Part shown: one piece after another, positions 28,075 through 37,477 of the stretch | How positions within the stretch are numbered: the first letter of the stretch is position 1 | Layout: every line of letters begins with the position of its first letter | Assembly: GCA_943332855.1 (NCBI GenBank) | Contig: CALQRA010000001.1 | Span: forward strand, 3,276 to 67,275 | Reading direction: 5' to 3' | From: Candidatus Kuenenia stuttgartensis | GTDB taxonomy: Bacteria > Planctomycetota > Planctomycetia > Pirellulales > UBA1268 | DNA length: 64,000 bases | Position numbers and translations under genes: made by a program | The notes under the pieces: model-generated | What the model was told of the DNA's origin: nothing | The model's input: the letters and a program-made list of their open reading frames with translations, nothing else | Database searches by the model: none

Positions 28075-31000
28075 TCAGTCGAGGTAGGCAAACTCGTTCG
28101 AACAAAGCAGGGCCTGGCACCAGCTCTGCCAGGCTTCCTCGCGGCGCGACTCGGCGGGGCGGGCCTGCCCGGCGGTCGATTCGGTCCAGGCAGCGACGTA
28201 GTCAAGCGCTTCGGCAATCTCCTCCGGGCGCGCCTGGCGGCCGAGGGCCCGGGCATGGGCTCGGTCGATCCGGCCGGCATCGTCGAGGCTCGTGTCGGCG
28301 AGGAGCGAGCGGGCGAAGGCGAGGGCTTGGCCCCGCACGAACGGGCTGTTGACGAGGAACAGCGCCTGCGACGGCACCGTCGTCTCGTTGCGGAGGGTGG
28401 TGACGCCGTTGGGATCGGCGGCGTCGAAGAGCGCGAGGACGTCGGGGAGCATGTTCCGCACCGCCGGCAGATAGAGGCTCCGCTTCGTGAATGTCGTGTA
28501 GACGGGATCGTCGACGGCGAGCCGGTTCGGCTTGATCATCGCCCCGATGTCCTCGGCCTTCTCCAGGAGCACCTTCGCGCTCTCGTCGCTCCCGGGCACC
28601 CGGTCGAGGGCGCCGCTGGTCGCGAGGATCGCGTCGCGGAGTTGCTCGGCGGAGAGCCGGCGCCGCGGCGCGACGGCGACCTTCCGCCCGTCGGGATCGG
28701 CCGCGCGGAGAGCCTGAGGCGCTGCGGCCCGGCGGTAGGCGGCGGAATTGAGGATCAGGCGGTGGAGGGCCTTGACGCTCCATCCCGATTCGATGAATCG
28801 GCAGGCGAGCCAATCGAGGAGCTCGGGGTGCGAAGGCGTCTCGCCGCGGGTGCCGAAGTTGTCGCTCGTCGCCACGAGACCGCGGCCAAAATGCTGCTGC
28901 CAGATCCGGTTGACCATGACCCGCGCCGTGAGCGGGTTTTTATCGTCGGCGATCCAGCGGGCGAGTTCCAGCCGGCCGCTCCCGCCGGAGGTGATGAACG
29001 GCTGCTGGTGTTCCACGCCGCTGCCGCCCGCCGCACCGACGGCGGGCGCCATGAAAAAGCCGGGGATGTTGCGGGGGGCGATTGCCCCGAGCTGAAACCG
29101 ATTGCCGCGGAGGTGGACCCGAAGGTTGCGGGGGAGGGTTTCTTTCGGGGCCATGACCAGGATCGGGTCGCGGCCGTCGCCGGCCGGCAGCAAAAATTCC
29201 CACCACATCGAGGCGTTGCGAGCCTCGTTCTGGAACGGCTCGGTGCTACGGAAGATCCCGGCCAGGGCGTAGTAGTCGGTCGTGCGAATCGCGTCAAACT
29301 TGTGGTCATGACAGCGGGCGCAGGCGAGCGTGAGGCCGAGGAAGGCCCGGCCGGTGACGTCGATCTGGTCGTCGACGATGTCGAGCCGCGACTGCTCCTT
29401 GTCGGTCTCGGCCAGCGCCTTTGGGCCGATCATGAGAAAGCCTGTGGCAATCGTCCGGGCGGCATCGGTGGCGGCGTCGCCGGAGGAGGGGAGGAGATCG
29501 CCGGCGAGTTGTTCGACGAGGAAACGGTCGTAGGGGAGATCGCGGTTCCAGGCGTCGACAACCCAGGTGCGGTAGCGCCAGGCCTGCGTCATCACGGCGT
29601 TGGCGTCGTTGGCGGTGGTCTCGGCGAAGCGGACGACGTCGAGCCAGTGGCGCGCCTGCTGCTCGCCGTAATGCGGGGAGGCGAGAAGCCGGTTGACGAC
29701 TCCGCTCCAGGCATCGGGCCCGGTGTCGGCGCGGAAGGCCGCCGTCTCCTCCGGCGTCGGCGGGAGGCCGGTGAGGTCGAAGGTCACCCGCCGCAGCAGC
29801 GTGGCCCGATCGGCCTCGGCCACCGGGGGCGCTCCCAGAGCCGCGATCTGCGGTTCGAGGAAGCGATCGATCGCTGTCGGGGCGGCGGCGAGGGACGTCG
29901 GCGGCGACGGATCGACAAGCGGTTGATAGGCCCAGTGGGCCCGTTCGGCGGCGGTGTAGATGGCGGTCGGCGCCCGGTGGGGGCCACCGAGATCAAGGGC
30001 GTACTTGTCGCCGAGCCAGGCTTCGAGGCCCTCGCGGGTGGCATCGTCGAGGGCAGAAGAAAACACGAGCGCCTCGCCGACATCCCCCTCGATCGATCCG
30101 CACCACGACACCGCCTTCCCGAGGAAGGCGCCGATGTCAGCGCGGTGGCGGAGGTCGGGAATGCCATCGCGCCCTTCAAGTTCGCCAGAGGGGGGGCGGA
30201 GTTCGCGGCCGTCGATGAACAGCCGTGTCGTCGTGCGGATCGGGCCCGGCTGCTTGACGCCGATGATCAGCGTCGGCCGGCCGAAGGAAGGCTTGAACGA
30301 GCCGTTGCCGGCCGAGGCATCGTTCATCCAGCCGCCGGCGAAGCGGAGGGCATGCTCCTCGGCGCGGTTGATCTGGAGGACGGCCGCAAGGGGGCGACCG
30401 GGATCGACGCCGGGATTGGCAGGGTCGCCGATCCCCAGGATCCCTTCGAAGGGCGGCCCAGTTTCGTGGGGGCGGAGATTGACGACGACGGCGAGCGTCA
30501 GGCTCGCGTCGCCGGCCACAGGGATGGGGAGGGCGGGGGAGGAGGCGTAGCCGGTGGCGGTGGTGAAGCGAACGGCCGCGCGGCGCGCGAGCGTGCTCTC
30601 GCGCACGAAACTCCCGGGAAGCCCTTGGCCGTCGGGGCGGATCCCCTTGGTGGCGCTTGCATCGCGGCCGTGGCCGCTGGAATCGGGCCAGACCGGCACC
30701 GGGGCGCCGTCGTCGAGGGCGAGGCCATCGGCCCGCAGCCAAAGCTGCAGGGCGCCGGAAAGCCCCGGGCTGTCGGGCGCGATCGGTTCGATGGCGGGCT
30801 GGCGTGGGGCCAGCGGCGCGGCCGGGGTGTCGGGGCTCTCGGGGCTGTCTGGCCATGGAGCGCCAGCGGCTACCCAGGCAACGAGGGCCTCGATCTGCGG
30901 CTGTGGGAGCCGGCCGTCGGGGGGCATCTCGAGGCCGTCGGTGTGGCTCACCGCCCGGATGAGGAGGCTTTCAAGCGCCGGCTGCCCCGGATCGATCGCC

Positions 31001-31278
31001 GCGCCAGAGTCGCCCCCGCGGACCAAGCCCGCGCGCGAGTCGAGCCGCAATCCCCCCTTCGCCTCGGCGCCCGCATGGCAGGCATGGCAGCGCTCGATGA
31101 GGAGCGGACGGATGACAGCCTCGAAGTGATCCTCGGCGGAGTCGGCGCGGGCCGGGGTGGCACCGACAGTCACGGCGGCCAACAGCATGAGCCCGATGGT
31201 GGCCCAGAGGCCGCTGACGCGGATCATCCCCGCGCCGCCGTCGATCGCGCCGCCACGTCGCTTGGAGCCTGCAGCCAT
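28075..31278 (-). CDS. PSCyt1 (planctomycete cytochrome c) / LamG / DUF1549 / DUF1553 protein
   Basis: [18 protein letters not shown] (PSCyt1 haem motif), a LamG-like block ([15 protein letters not shown]...), DUF1549 ([18 protein letters not shown]) and DUF1553 ([24 protein letters not shown]). The start could be ATG 31278 or 31227; the longer ORF overlaps the upstream gene. Confidence 0.85.
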   Translation of the reverse strand: MAAGSKRRGGAIDGGAGMIRVSGLWATIGLMLLAAVTVGATPARADSAEDHFEAVIRPLLIERCHACHAGAEAKGGLRLDSRAGLVRGGDSGAAIDPGQPALESLLIRAVSHTDGLEMPPDGRLPQPQIEALVAWVAAGAPWPDSPESPDTPAAPLAPRQPAIEPIAPDSPGLSGALQLWLRADGLALDDGAPVPVWPDSSGHGRDASATKGIRPDGQGLPGSFVRESTLARRAAVRFTTATGYASSPALPIPVAGDASLTLAVVVNLRPHETGPPFEGILGIGDPANPGVDPGRPLAAVLQINRAEEHALRFAGGWMNDASAGNGSFKPSFGRPTLIIGVKQPGPIRTTTRLFIDGRELRPPSGELEGRDGIPDLRHRADIGAFLGKAVSWCGSIEGDVGEALVFSSALDDATREGLEAWLGDKYALDLGGPHRAPTAIYTAAERAHWAYQPLVDPSPPTSLAAAPTAIDRFLEPQIAALGAPPVAEADRATLLRRVTFDLTGLPPTPEETAAFRADTGPDAWSGVVNRLLASPHYGEQQARHWLDVVRFAETTANDANAVMTQAWRYRTWVVDAWNRDLPYDRFLVEQLAGDLLPSSGDAATDAARTIATGFLMIGPKALAETDKEQSRLDIVDDQIDVTGRAFLGLTLACARCHDHKFDAIRTTDYYALAGIFRSTEPFQNEARNASMWWEFLLPAGDGRDPILVMAPKETLPRNLRVHLRGNRFQLGAIAPRNIPGFFMAPAVGAAGGSGVEHQQPFITSGGSGRLELARWIADDKNPLTARVMVNRIWQQHFGRGLVATSDNFGTRGETPSHPELLDWLACRFIESGWSVKALHRLILNSAAYRRAAAPQALRAADPDGRKVAVAPRRRLSAEQLRDAILATSGALDRVPGSDESAKVLLEKAEDIGAMIKPNRLAVDDPVYTTFTKRSLYLPAVRNMLPDVLALFDAADPNGVTTLRNETTVPSQALFLVNSPFVRGQALAFARSLLADTSLDDAGRIDRAHARALGRQARPEEIAEALDYVAAWTESTAGQARPAESRREEAWQSWCQALLCSNEFAYLD

Positions 31279-31367
31279 CGCCCACTCTCCCCCGCTGAAA
31301 GATGGAGGAAGTGTACCTTGCCGAGAGGCGTTGCAGCCAACCGCCCCGCGGTGGCAAGAGATGCCTG

Positions 31368-32717
31368 TCACGGACTGCTTGCGAGCGCTTCGCCGATGAT
31401 GCCCGCATCGGGGGCTTGAATGACGACGTAGGTGTTGCGCCCATCGGCCACTGTCACGCTCCGGGGCACGGTCTTCCCCACCGGCATTCCCTGTCGATCG
31501 ACCGCTTGGAGGGCGAGTGTGTGTTGCCCCGCCGGCAATTCCATTCGCACGACCTGGATGGAATCGGGGAGGAGCCCCCAGCAGCGCGTATCGGCGTTCT
31601 CCGCGGCTTCCCAAGCGACGCCAGCGACATCGAAGGCGAGTGCCGCCGGTCCGAAACGCTCGATGCCGAGCCCCTCCTTGACGCCAAACACCGTTCCCTT
31701 CTTGAGCGCCCGCCGCGCCACCGCGCGGGCCACAGTCTGGTCGTGGAGCGCTGCCTCCTGCTCGACGGCCATCCGTGAGATGTCGGTGATGGTCGTCGTT
31801 CGCCCCTGCCAGGCCACGCCTCCGCCAGCGCTCGTCCGCCCCACCGCCACGGCGCTGACAAGCCCCGGCGCCGCCACGACGCGCGGCACCTTGATCGGGG
31901 CGACGGTTGGCGGGAGCGACTGCGCGAGGACACCCGAAAGAATTTGGTCGGCGACGAGAAGCGCCGCGCTCGACGGGATCTCCGCGACGACGACCTTGCA
32001 GGGACCATGGCCGACGAGCGCGAAGACATGGACAACCCCATGACCGCGCGGCGAGTGAACGCCGCCTGACGCGCGGACGACATCCGCCTGCCCTGGTGCA
32101 AACTCCGGTTGCCAGCTGACGACCGTGGCGAAGTGCCGGGCGGCGTCGTCGTAGTCGCGGTGGGTCTCCTCGCGGAGGACGCCGCGCAGATAGGGAGCCA
32201 GCGCGATCTGCCGGTACGACGCCTTGGGATTCGTGCCATCTTCTTGCGTGGCCGCGGCGATGATCTCCGCCTGCTTCTCGGCCGCTTGATAGCTGAAGGC
32301 GTCGGCGTCACCGCCGTCGCTGGTGAGATTCGTGATCGCGAGCAGCGCCCGCAGCAGCACCTTTTCGTAATCCTCGCCGGTGTACGACCGCTGTTGGTCG
32401 TCGGAGAGCATCGACCAGGCGTCCTCAGCGGGGCTCTCCTGCTCGAGGTGATCGAAGCGATCGCGAACCTCCTTGAGGAGATCCTCCGCTTCCATCGGTC
32501 GGCCGTCGGCCAGGGCCACCAGCGCCCGGTCGAGCGTGAGCACGTCGGCATCCCCCGGATGCTTTTCCAAATCGGCCGCGATCAGCCGCTCGGCCTCGGC
32601 GAGATCGCCCCGATGGAATGCCCCCCGCACCGGCTCCAGCCGCGTGAAATGCGTGGCGCAGCCGCACAGCAGTGCGAGGCAGGGGACGACGATGGCGAGC
32701 AGGCCGGGCCGTGTCAT
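31368..32717 (-). CDS. lipoprotein, COG3014-like (TPR-like N-terminus)
   Basis: Lipobox MTRPGLLAIVVPCLALLCGC. GEDYEKVLLRALLAITNL resembles the conserved core of COG3014-type uncharacterised lipoproteins. The assignment comes from memory of the family only. Confidence 0.5.
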   Translation of the reverse strand: MTRPGLLAIVVPCLALLCGCATHFTRLEPVRGAFHRGDLAEAERLIAADLEKHPGDADVLTLDRALVALADGRPMEAEDLLKEVRDRFDHLEQESPAEDAWSMLSDDQQRSYTGEDYEKVLLRALLAITNLTSDGGDADAFSYQAAEKQAEIIAAATQEDGTNPKASYRQIALAPYLRGVLREETHRDYDDAARHFATVVSWQPEFAPGQADVVRASGGVHSPRGHGVVHVFALVGHGPCKVVVAEIPSSAALLVADQILSGVLAQSLPPTVAPIKVPRVVAAPGLVSAVAVGRTSAGGGVAWQGRTTTITDISRMAVEQEAALHDQTVARAVARRALKKGTVFGVKEGLGIERFGPAALAFDVAGVAWEAAENADTRCWGLLPDSIQVVRMELPAGQHTLALQAVDRQGMPVGKTVPRSVTVADGRNTYVVIQAPDAGIIGEALASSP

Positions 32718-32733
32718 GGCAGCACCAGACGGC

Positions 32734-33420
32734 CTAGCGTGAGAGCGGATTGGTCGCGCGCCACCGGCTCAGGCGGCTGTGGTGATAGCCCTTGACGAGA
32801 TCGGCCGACTGCTTGTCGTAGTCGCCGGTGCGAACGTCGATCAACTCCATCGTCAGCCGGTAGGAGCGTTCGTAGTCTTTGTTCTCGCGCGTTGTGCCCG
32901 AGGTGAGCGTGGCATAGAGGAGGTAATCGATCGGCTCCCCTTCGCGCTCGAGGTGCGCGGCGAACTGCCGCATGTGTTCCGGGATACAGAGCTGGTCCGG
33001 CCGCAGCCGGGTCTCGAGGAGACCGGCGTCGACGACGCGCCGATTGAGCGGCTGGAAGACAGGGGTCTGGAGAAGCCGGGTGTCGATCACCTGGTAAAGC
33101 TCATCCTTGAAATCGCCGATGTCCTCGGCGCTCTTGTTCTCGACGCCAACGAAGCAGATCCGCTTTGGCGGGCAGGGGATCGGCTCGCCGGCGTCGTCGT
33201 ACGACACCTGCTGCACCGGCGCCTCGGCATTCCGGGCGAGGAGCTTGGCAACCGCCTCGTCGACAAGCGGCCCAAACGTCTCGGCGCCCGCCTGATGGCT
33301 CCCCATCAGCGCCTTGTCGCCAGGGTTGACGATCCTCGCAAACTGCCGCTGCCCGCGGCAGCCGGCCAGCGCGAGGATCGCAGGGGCGCCAGCATGGACG
33401 AGGAACGCGCGACGCAGCAT
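32734..33420 (-). CDS. LpoB-like (COG3417-type) lipoprotein
   Basis: ORF trimmed to ATG 33420, giving the lipobox MLRRAFLVHAGAPAILALAGC. The core ICFVGVENKSAEDIGDFKDELYQVIDTRLL...IDYLLYATLTSG...LTMELIDVRTGDY follows the LpoB-fold pattern. The longer ORF runs into a palindrome. Confidence 0.45.
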   Translation of the reverse strand: MLRRAFLVHAGAPAILALAGCRGQRQFARIVNPGDKALMGSHQAGAETFGPLVDEAVAKLLARNAEAPVQQVSYDDAGEPIPCPPKRICFVGVENKSAEDIGDFKDELYQVIDTRLLQTPVFQPLNRRVVDAGLLETRLRPDQLCIPEHMRQFAAHLEREGEPIDYLLYATLTSGTTRENKDYERSYRLTMELIDVRTGDYDKQSADLVKGYHHSRLSRWRATNPLSR

Positions 33421-33505
33421 GGCACGGCTCCGACGGAGGAGAGAGTCGACCGGGCAGCCCTCGGCGGGGGGCGACGGTAGCGGGGAGAGCCCGGCGGCGG
33501 AAGGG

Positions 33506-33574
33506 GAAAAGGTGCCAGCCACCAAATCTGGGTAGGTTGTAGGCTTCTCCAATTTTGGTGGCTGGCACCTTTTC
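33506..33574. repeat. perfect 21-bp inverted repeat (27-nt spacer) in a divergent intergenic region
   Basis: GAAAAGGTGCCAGCCACCAAA at 33506-33526 and its exact reverse complement at 33554-33574, checked base by base. Confidence 0.9.
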
Positions 33575-33603
33575 TTCCCCGAGAAGCCTTAAACTGCCAG
33601 TTA

Positions 33604-33878
33604 TGGAGACCATGCCCCCGGCGACCGACCCGACAAACGACACCGCCGCCGAGGCGGAGGCCGTCCAGCTGGAATGCATTCGGCGGATGTCGCCGCTGGA
33701 GCGCCTCCGGGCAGCCTGTCGGTTGTCAGACCGCGGCCGCCGCCTTGCCTTCGACGCGATCCGTGCCCGGCATCCGGAAGCTGACGAGACGGAAGTCCGC
33801 CTTCGTTTCATCGAGCTCGCCTACGGTGCTGATCTCGCCGCCGACGTGCGGCGCTGGCTGCGGGATCGGGGGCGATGA
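33604..33878 (+). CDS. small helical protein, putative antitoxin-like partner of the downstream nucleotidyltransferase
   Basis: ORF 33555..33878 trimmed to ATG 33604 because the upstream codons lie in the palindrome. Its stop overlaps the next ATG (ATGA at 33875). It shares E-x2-RRM(S/T)-x2-ER(L/I) with the small ORF at 54235. Confidence 0.5.
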
Positions 33879-34459
33879 GCGACACCGCCGACCTTCTCGC
33901 CGCCCTGACGCCGGTCGCGGCGGTGCTCGAGCGACTCGGCGTGCGGCATTATGTCGGTGGGAGCGTGGCGAGCTCCGTCCACGGGGCGATCCGATCGACG
34001 ATGGACGTCGATCTCGTCTGTGAGCTTCGATCTGACCAGATCGAGCCCTTTCTCGCGGCGTTTGGCGTCGACTTCTACGTCAGCCGGCAAGCGGTTCAGC
34101 AGGCCGTCGAGCGGAAGTCGTGCTTCAACCTCATCCACCTTCCCACGGCGTACAAGGTGGACGTGTTCGTCAGCCGGGGCCGACCCTTCGATCTCGCCGC
34201 GATGACGCGGGCCGTTCCCCGGGCACTTGGTGGAGAGGAATCGTTGCTCGTACCGGTGGCCACCGCCGAGGACTCGATTGTCGCCAAGCTCGAGTGGTTT
34301 CGGCTCGGCGACGAGTCGTCGCAGCGGCAATGGGACGACGTCACGAGGCTCATGTCCCTCCGCGGTGAAACGCTCGATGTCGCTCACATGCATCGAATGG
34401 CAGAGTCGGTCGGCGTCTCGGATCTTCTCGCCCGGCTGCTTGGGTTGCGTGGCAGTTGA
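33875..34459 (+). CDS. minimal nucleotidyltransferase-fold protein (AbiEii/MNT-like, family uncertain)
   Basis: VGGSVASSVHGAIRSTMDVDLV matches the G-[SG]...D-x-D NTase signature. The helical C-terminus reads EDSIVAKLEWFRLG. Translationally coupled to the upstream small ORF. Confidence 0.55.
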   Translation: MSDTADLLAALTPVAAVLERLGVRHYVGGSVASSVHGAIRSTMDVDLVCELRSDQIEPFLAAFGVDFYVSRQAVQQAVERKSCFNLIHLPTAYKVDVFVSRGRPFDLAAMTRAVPRALGGEESLLVPVATAEDSIVAKLEWFRLGDESSQRQWDDVTRLMSLRGETLDVAHMHRMAESVGVSDLLARLLGLRGS

Positions 34460-34477
34460 TCCCTCATGTGAGGATCG

Positions 34478-34501
34478 AAGGTGCCAGTTACCAAATCTGG
34501 G
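34478..34501. repeat. 24-nt direct-repeat copy (22/24) of 33509-33532
   Basis: AAGGTGCCAGTTACCAAATCTGGG here versus AAGGTGCCAGCCACCAAATCTGGG at 33509-33532. Together they bracket the two-gene NTase module. Confidence 0.8.
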
Positions 34502-34757
34502 CCAAGGATTCAAACGGCCATGCGATCCCCTCCGGGATCCACCTCCGGCCGTTCCAGGAGGGGAGCTGGTATCACCACTTCTGCTTCCACGCCCACCGCT
34601 GGGTGAAGTGAGCGGAGGGAATGGATGACTGGCACGGGATCTGCGTAGCGTTTCTGCATCGGTCAGGGGGAAAGGGGATCGTGGCCCGGGGTGTGCGGAC
34701 GATTCCGCACGTGCGTCTGGCTTGATCCCGCGCTGCTGACCAAACCTGGAGACGCTC

Positions 34758-37424
34758 ATGGACATCGCTGAGAGCTTCGGCCGACTGTTCGATTCTGCAC
34801 CGGTGGGTGGTGCAAAACGCCCCGCGCGACTCGGGCGCCGGCGGCGGGCGGTCTGTCGGGGGGAAGCTTGGCAGGGGGGCGAGCGGCTCGAAGCGCGGGC
34901 GATGTTCGCCGCCGCGCCGATGCAGGTGGGGATGAATGTCGAGAATGTCGTCGACTGGTCGCCCGCCTGGACCTTCACCGACGCCTTTCAAAGCTCGCGG
35001 CCGTGGATCGCTCAGGCGGTCGATGTGGCGAGTAACGCGGGCCGCTGGGATGTCGGTGACACCCATCCGCTCCCGGTGAATGCCAAGGGGGAGATCACCC
35101 GCTTCGAGACCTGGACGGAAAACGGCCGGCAGTTCCGCCACCAGGCTGCCACGCTCCTCTTTCGCGACGTCGGCAGCTACGCCAGCGGCACCTACCACGC
35201 CCAGTGGGAGGGGAAGGGCACGGTGAGCTTCGGCTTCGACGCCCGCGTCCTCTCGACAACCAACGGCCCCGATGGGATCCACCGCGCGGAGCTCGCTGTC
35301 ACGCCGACGAGCGCCGGAATCCTCGTCCGCATCGAGTCAACCGATCCGGCCGATCCGGTCCGTGGGATCCATGTGTGGATGCCCGATTGGAAGGGGAAGA
35401 GCTTTGCAGGAGAGGTGTGGAAGCCAGGGGCGCCGTTCTCGCCGTTTCATCCGCTCTTCCTCGAGCGCCTCGATCCCTTCTCGACGATCCGTTTCATGGC
35501 CTGGCAGGAGACCAATAGCTCTGACGTCCGCACCGTTGCCGACGCCCGCCCCGCCGATGCTGCCCGTCAGAGCTCCGGCCCTGGCGGCTCGGCGAGCGAG
35601 CCGAAGGTCAACGGCGTCTCGATCGAGCAGATGGTGCAATTGGCCAACGACCTCGACGCCGATCCGTGGTTCAACATGCCGCCGCGGGCCGACGATGCGT
35701 ATGTTCGCGCTTTCGCCCAGACCGTCCGCGACCGGCTCGAGCCGGGGCGGAAGGTGTATGTCGAATGGTCAAATGAGATCTGGAACTACGGCTGGGGGTT
35801 TGACGGGGCGCGGGTCGTCGACGAAGTCGCCGGGCGTCCCGAATACTCGGGCCTCGACCACTGGCAGATCGCCGGCCGTGAGGCGAAGCGCGATCTCGAC
35901 ATCTGGAGCAGCGTCTTCGCCGGGCAGACGTCGCGGCTGGTCCGCGTCGCCGCCGGCCAGGCGGCCAACGAATGGATCGTCAACCGGGTCGCGTCGGCGA
36001 TGGGGGGCTCGTTCGACGTCCTCGCCATCGCCCCCTACATCCTCCCCACCGACGAGCAGCGCGCGGCCTACACCGCCGCGACGACCGTCGACACGATCCT
36101 CGCCGACTGCCGCACCGCCGTCGACACGGCGATCGACTGGACGCGACGCCACAAGGTCCTTGCCGACACCTGGTCGGCGACGCTCGGCCGCCCCGTCGGG
36201 CTGGTGGCCTACGAGGGGGGCATCCATCTCGACAGCCGTGGCAGCCCGGCCCAGCAGGCCTTCTACGATGCCACGAACGACCGGCGGATGGGAGACATCT
36301 ACCGGCAGTATCTCGCGGGCCTGGCTGCCGCGGGGATGAGCCTCTACGTCGATTTCCAATTCACCGGCCAGTCTGGCGCTTCCCCCTGGGGGGATTTCGC
36401 CAAGCTCCACGCGATGGATGAGCCGGTGGCTTTCGCGTGGCGCTATGCTGCGGTCGTGGCGGCGGCCGATAACGCGCTCGTTCGGGCGGCGCCGCGCCCC
36501 CCAATCGACTTCAACGGCGACGGCGTCGGCGATGTCGTGTGGCGCGATGCGAAGACCGGGGCCTGCGTCGCCTGGCTCCTCGATGCCGGCGGGGCGACGA
36601 AGGGAACGCGCGCCCTCGGCGGCGGCGGGGGGGTGAACACGCTCGCCACGATCGGTGACTTCGACGGCGACGGCGTTTCCGATCTCGTCTGGCGCAACAA
36701 GACGAGCGGCGTGAGCATCCTCAAGCTCCTCCGGGCCGATGGCACGGCGAAGGGGACGGCTTCCCTCGGCGGGAGCGCGGCCTGGCAGATCGAGACGTCG
36801 GACGATTTCGATGGCGACGGTCGCGACGATCTCGTCTGGCGCCACGGCCGCAGCGGTTCGACCGTGATCTGGCTCATGAACGGCGGCCGCGCCGTGGCCA
36901 GCGCAGCGATCGGCGGTGACTCCGTCTGGCGGCTCGTTTCGACCTCGGGGCGGTATGACGCCGACGGCGACGGCCGGGCCGATCTCCTCTGGCGGAATGC
37001 CTCGAGCGGCGTCACGGTCCTGTGGCTCATGAACGGCCTCACGAAGCGCTCCGCGACGGCGCTCGGCGGCGATGCCCGCTTTGAGGTGGTGGCCAGCGGC
37101 GACTTCAATCGCGACGGCCGAGGGGATCTGGTGTGGCGCGACCGGATCAGCGGGACGGCGGCGGTCTGGCTCATGAACGGAGCGACGGCGCTGTCGAGCC
37201 GGGCCCTTCTGCCGGCGGGCCTGTCGTCTCCCACGACGTCTTGGTCGATCGTCGCCACGCTCTCAGCCGGAAGCAACGGCCGCCCGGGGATCGTCGTCCG
37301 CGAGACGACCAGCGGCCGGACCATGGTGTGGTGGATGGACGGGGTGGCGATCGACGCCGCGGCGCCCCTCGGCGGCGATGGACGGGTTGCGCTCCTCCGC
37401 CGCCCCGGCCGGCTCATCGGCTGA
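34758..37424 (+). CDS. clan GH-A-like TIM-barrel glycoside hydrolase-like domain fused to >=5 FG-GAP/VCBS repeats
   Basis: VYVEWSNEIWNY and LVAYEGGIH resemble the two catalytic-Glu strands of GH-A enzymes. The C-terminal repeats read DFDGDGVSDLVWRN..., DFDGDGRDDLVWRH..., DADGDGRADLLWRN..., DFNRDGRGDLVWRD.... The N-terminus is Arg-rich followed by ERLEARAMFAA. Confidence 0.6.
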   Translation: MDIAESFGRLFDSAPVGGAKRPARLGRRRRAVCRGEAWQGGERLEARAMFAAAPMQVGMNVENVVDWSPAWTFTDAFQSSRPWIAQAVDVASNAGRWDVGDTHPLPVNAKGEITRFETWTENGRQFRHQAATLLFRDVGSYASGTYHAQWEGKGTVSFGFDARVLSTTNGPDGIHRAELAVTPTSAGILVRIESTDPADPVRGIHVWMPDWKGKSFAGEVWKPGAPFSPFHPLFLERLDPFSTIRFMAWQETNSSDVRTVADARPADAARQSSGPGGSASEPKVNGVSIEQMVQLANDLDADPWFNMPPRADDAYVRAFAQTVRDRLEPGRKVYVEWSNEIWNYGWGFDGARVVDEVAGRPEYSGLDHWQIAGREAKRDLDIWSSVFAGQTSRLVRVAAGQAANEWIVNRVASAMGGSFDVLAIAPYILPTDEQRAAYTAATTVDTILADCRTAVDTAIDWTRRHKVLADTWSATLGRPVGLVAYEGGIHLDSRGSPAQQAFYDATNDRRMGDIYRQYLAGLAAAGMSLYVDFQFTGQSGASPWGDFAKLHAMDEPVAFAWRYAAVVAAADNALVRAAPRPPIDFNGDGVGDVVWRDAKTGACVAWLLDAGGATKGTRALGGGGGVNTLATIGDFDGDGVSDLVWRNKTSGVSILKLLRADGTAKGTASLGGSAAWQIETSDDFDGDGRDDLVWRHGRSGSTVIWLMNGGRAVASAAIGGDSVWRLVSTSGRYDADGDGRADLLWRNASSGVTVLWLMNGLTKRSATALGGDARFEVVASGDFNRDGRGDLVWRDRISGTAAVWLMNGATALSSRALLPAGLSSPTTSWSIVATLSAGSNGRPGIVVRETTSGRTMVWWMDGVAIDAAAPLGGDGRVALLRRPGRLIG

Positions 37425-37477
37425 CACGTTTCCACCCTGTGGCAGTAAGCTCTTGTCGAGCGGCGCGGGGGAGGGGA

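Noticed and set aside
28255-31419. 1054-aa plus-strand ORF, the longest uncalled ORF in the track
   Set aside because: It lies antisense to the PSCyt/DUF1549/DUF1553 gene, whose translation carries multiple specific family motifs. The plus-strand product is Arg/Gly/Ala/Pro-rich low-complexity with no motif, a typical high-GC shadow ORF.
33421-33603. N-terminal extensions of ORFs 32734..33552 (minus) and 33555..33878 (plus), both encoding VAGTFS
   Set aside because: The shared peptide is an artefact of both frames reading through the 21-bp palindrome. Lipobox and start-context evidence favours the shorter genes (33420 and 33604).
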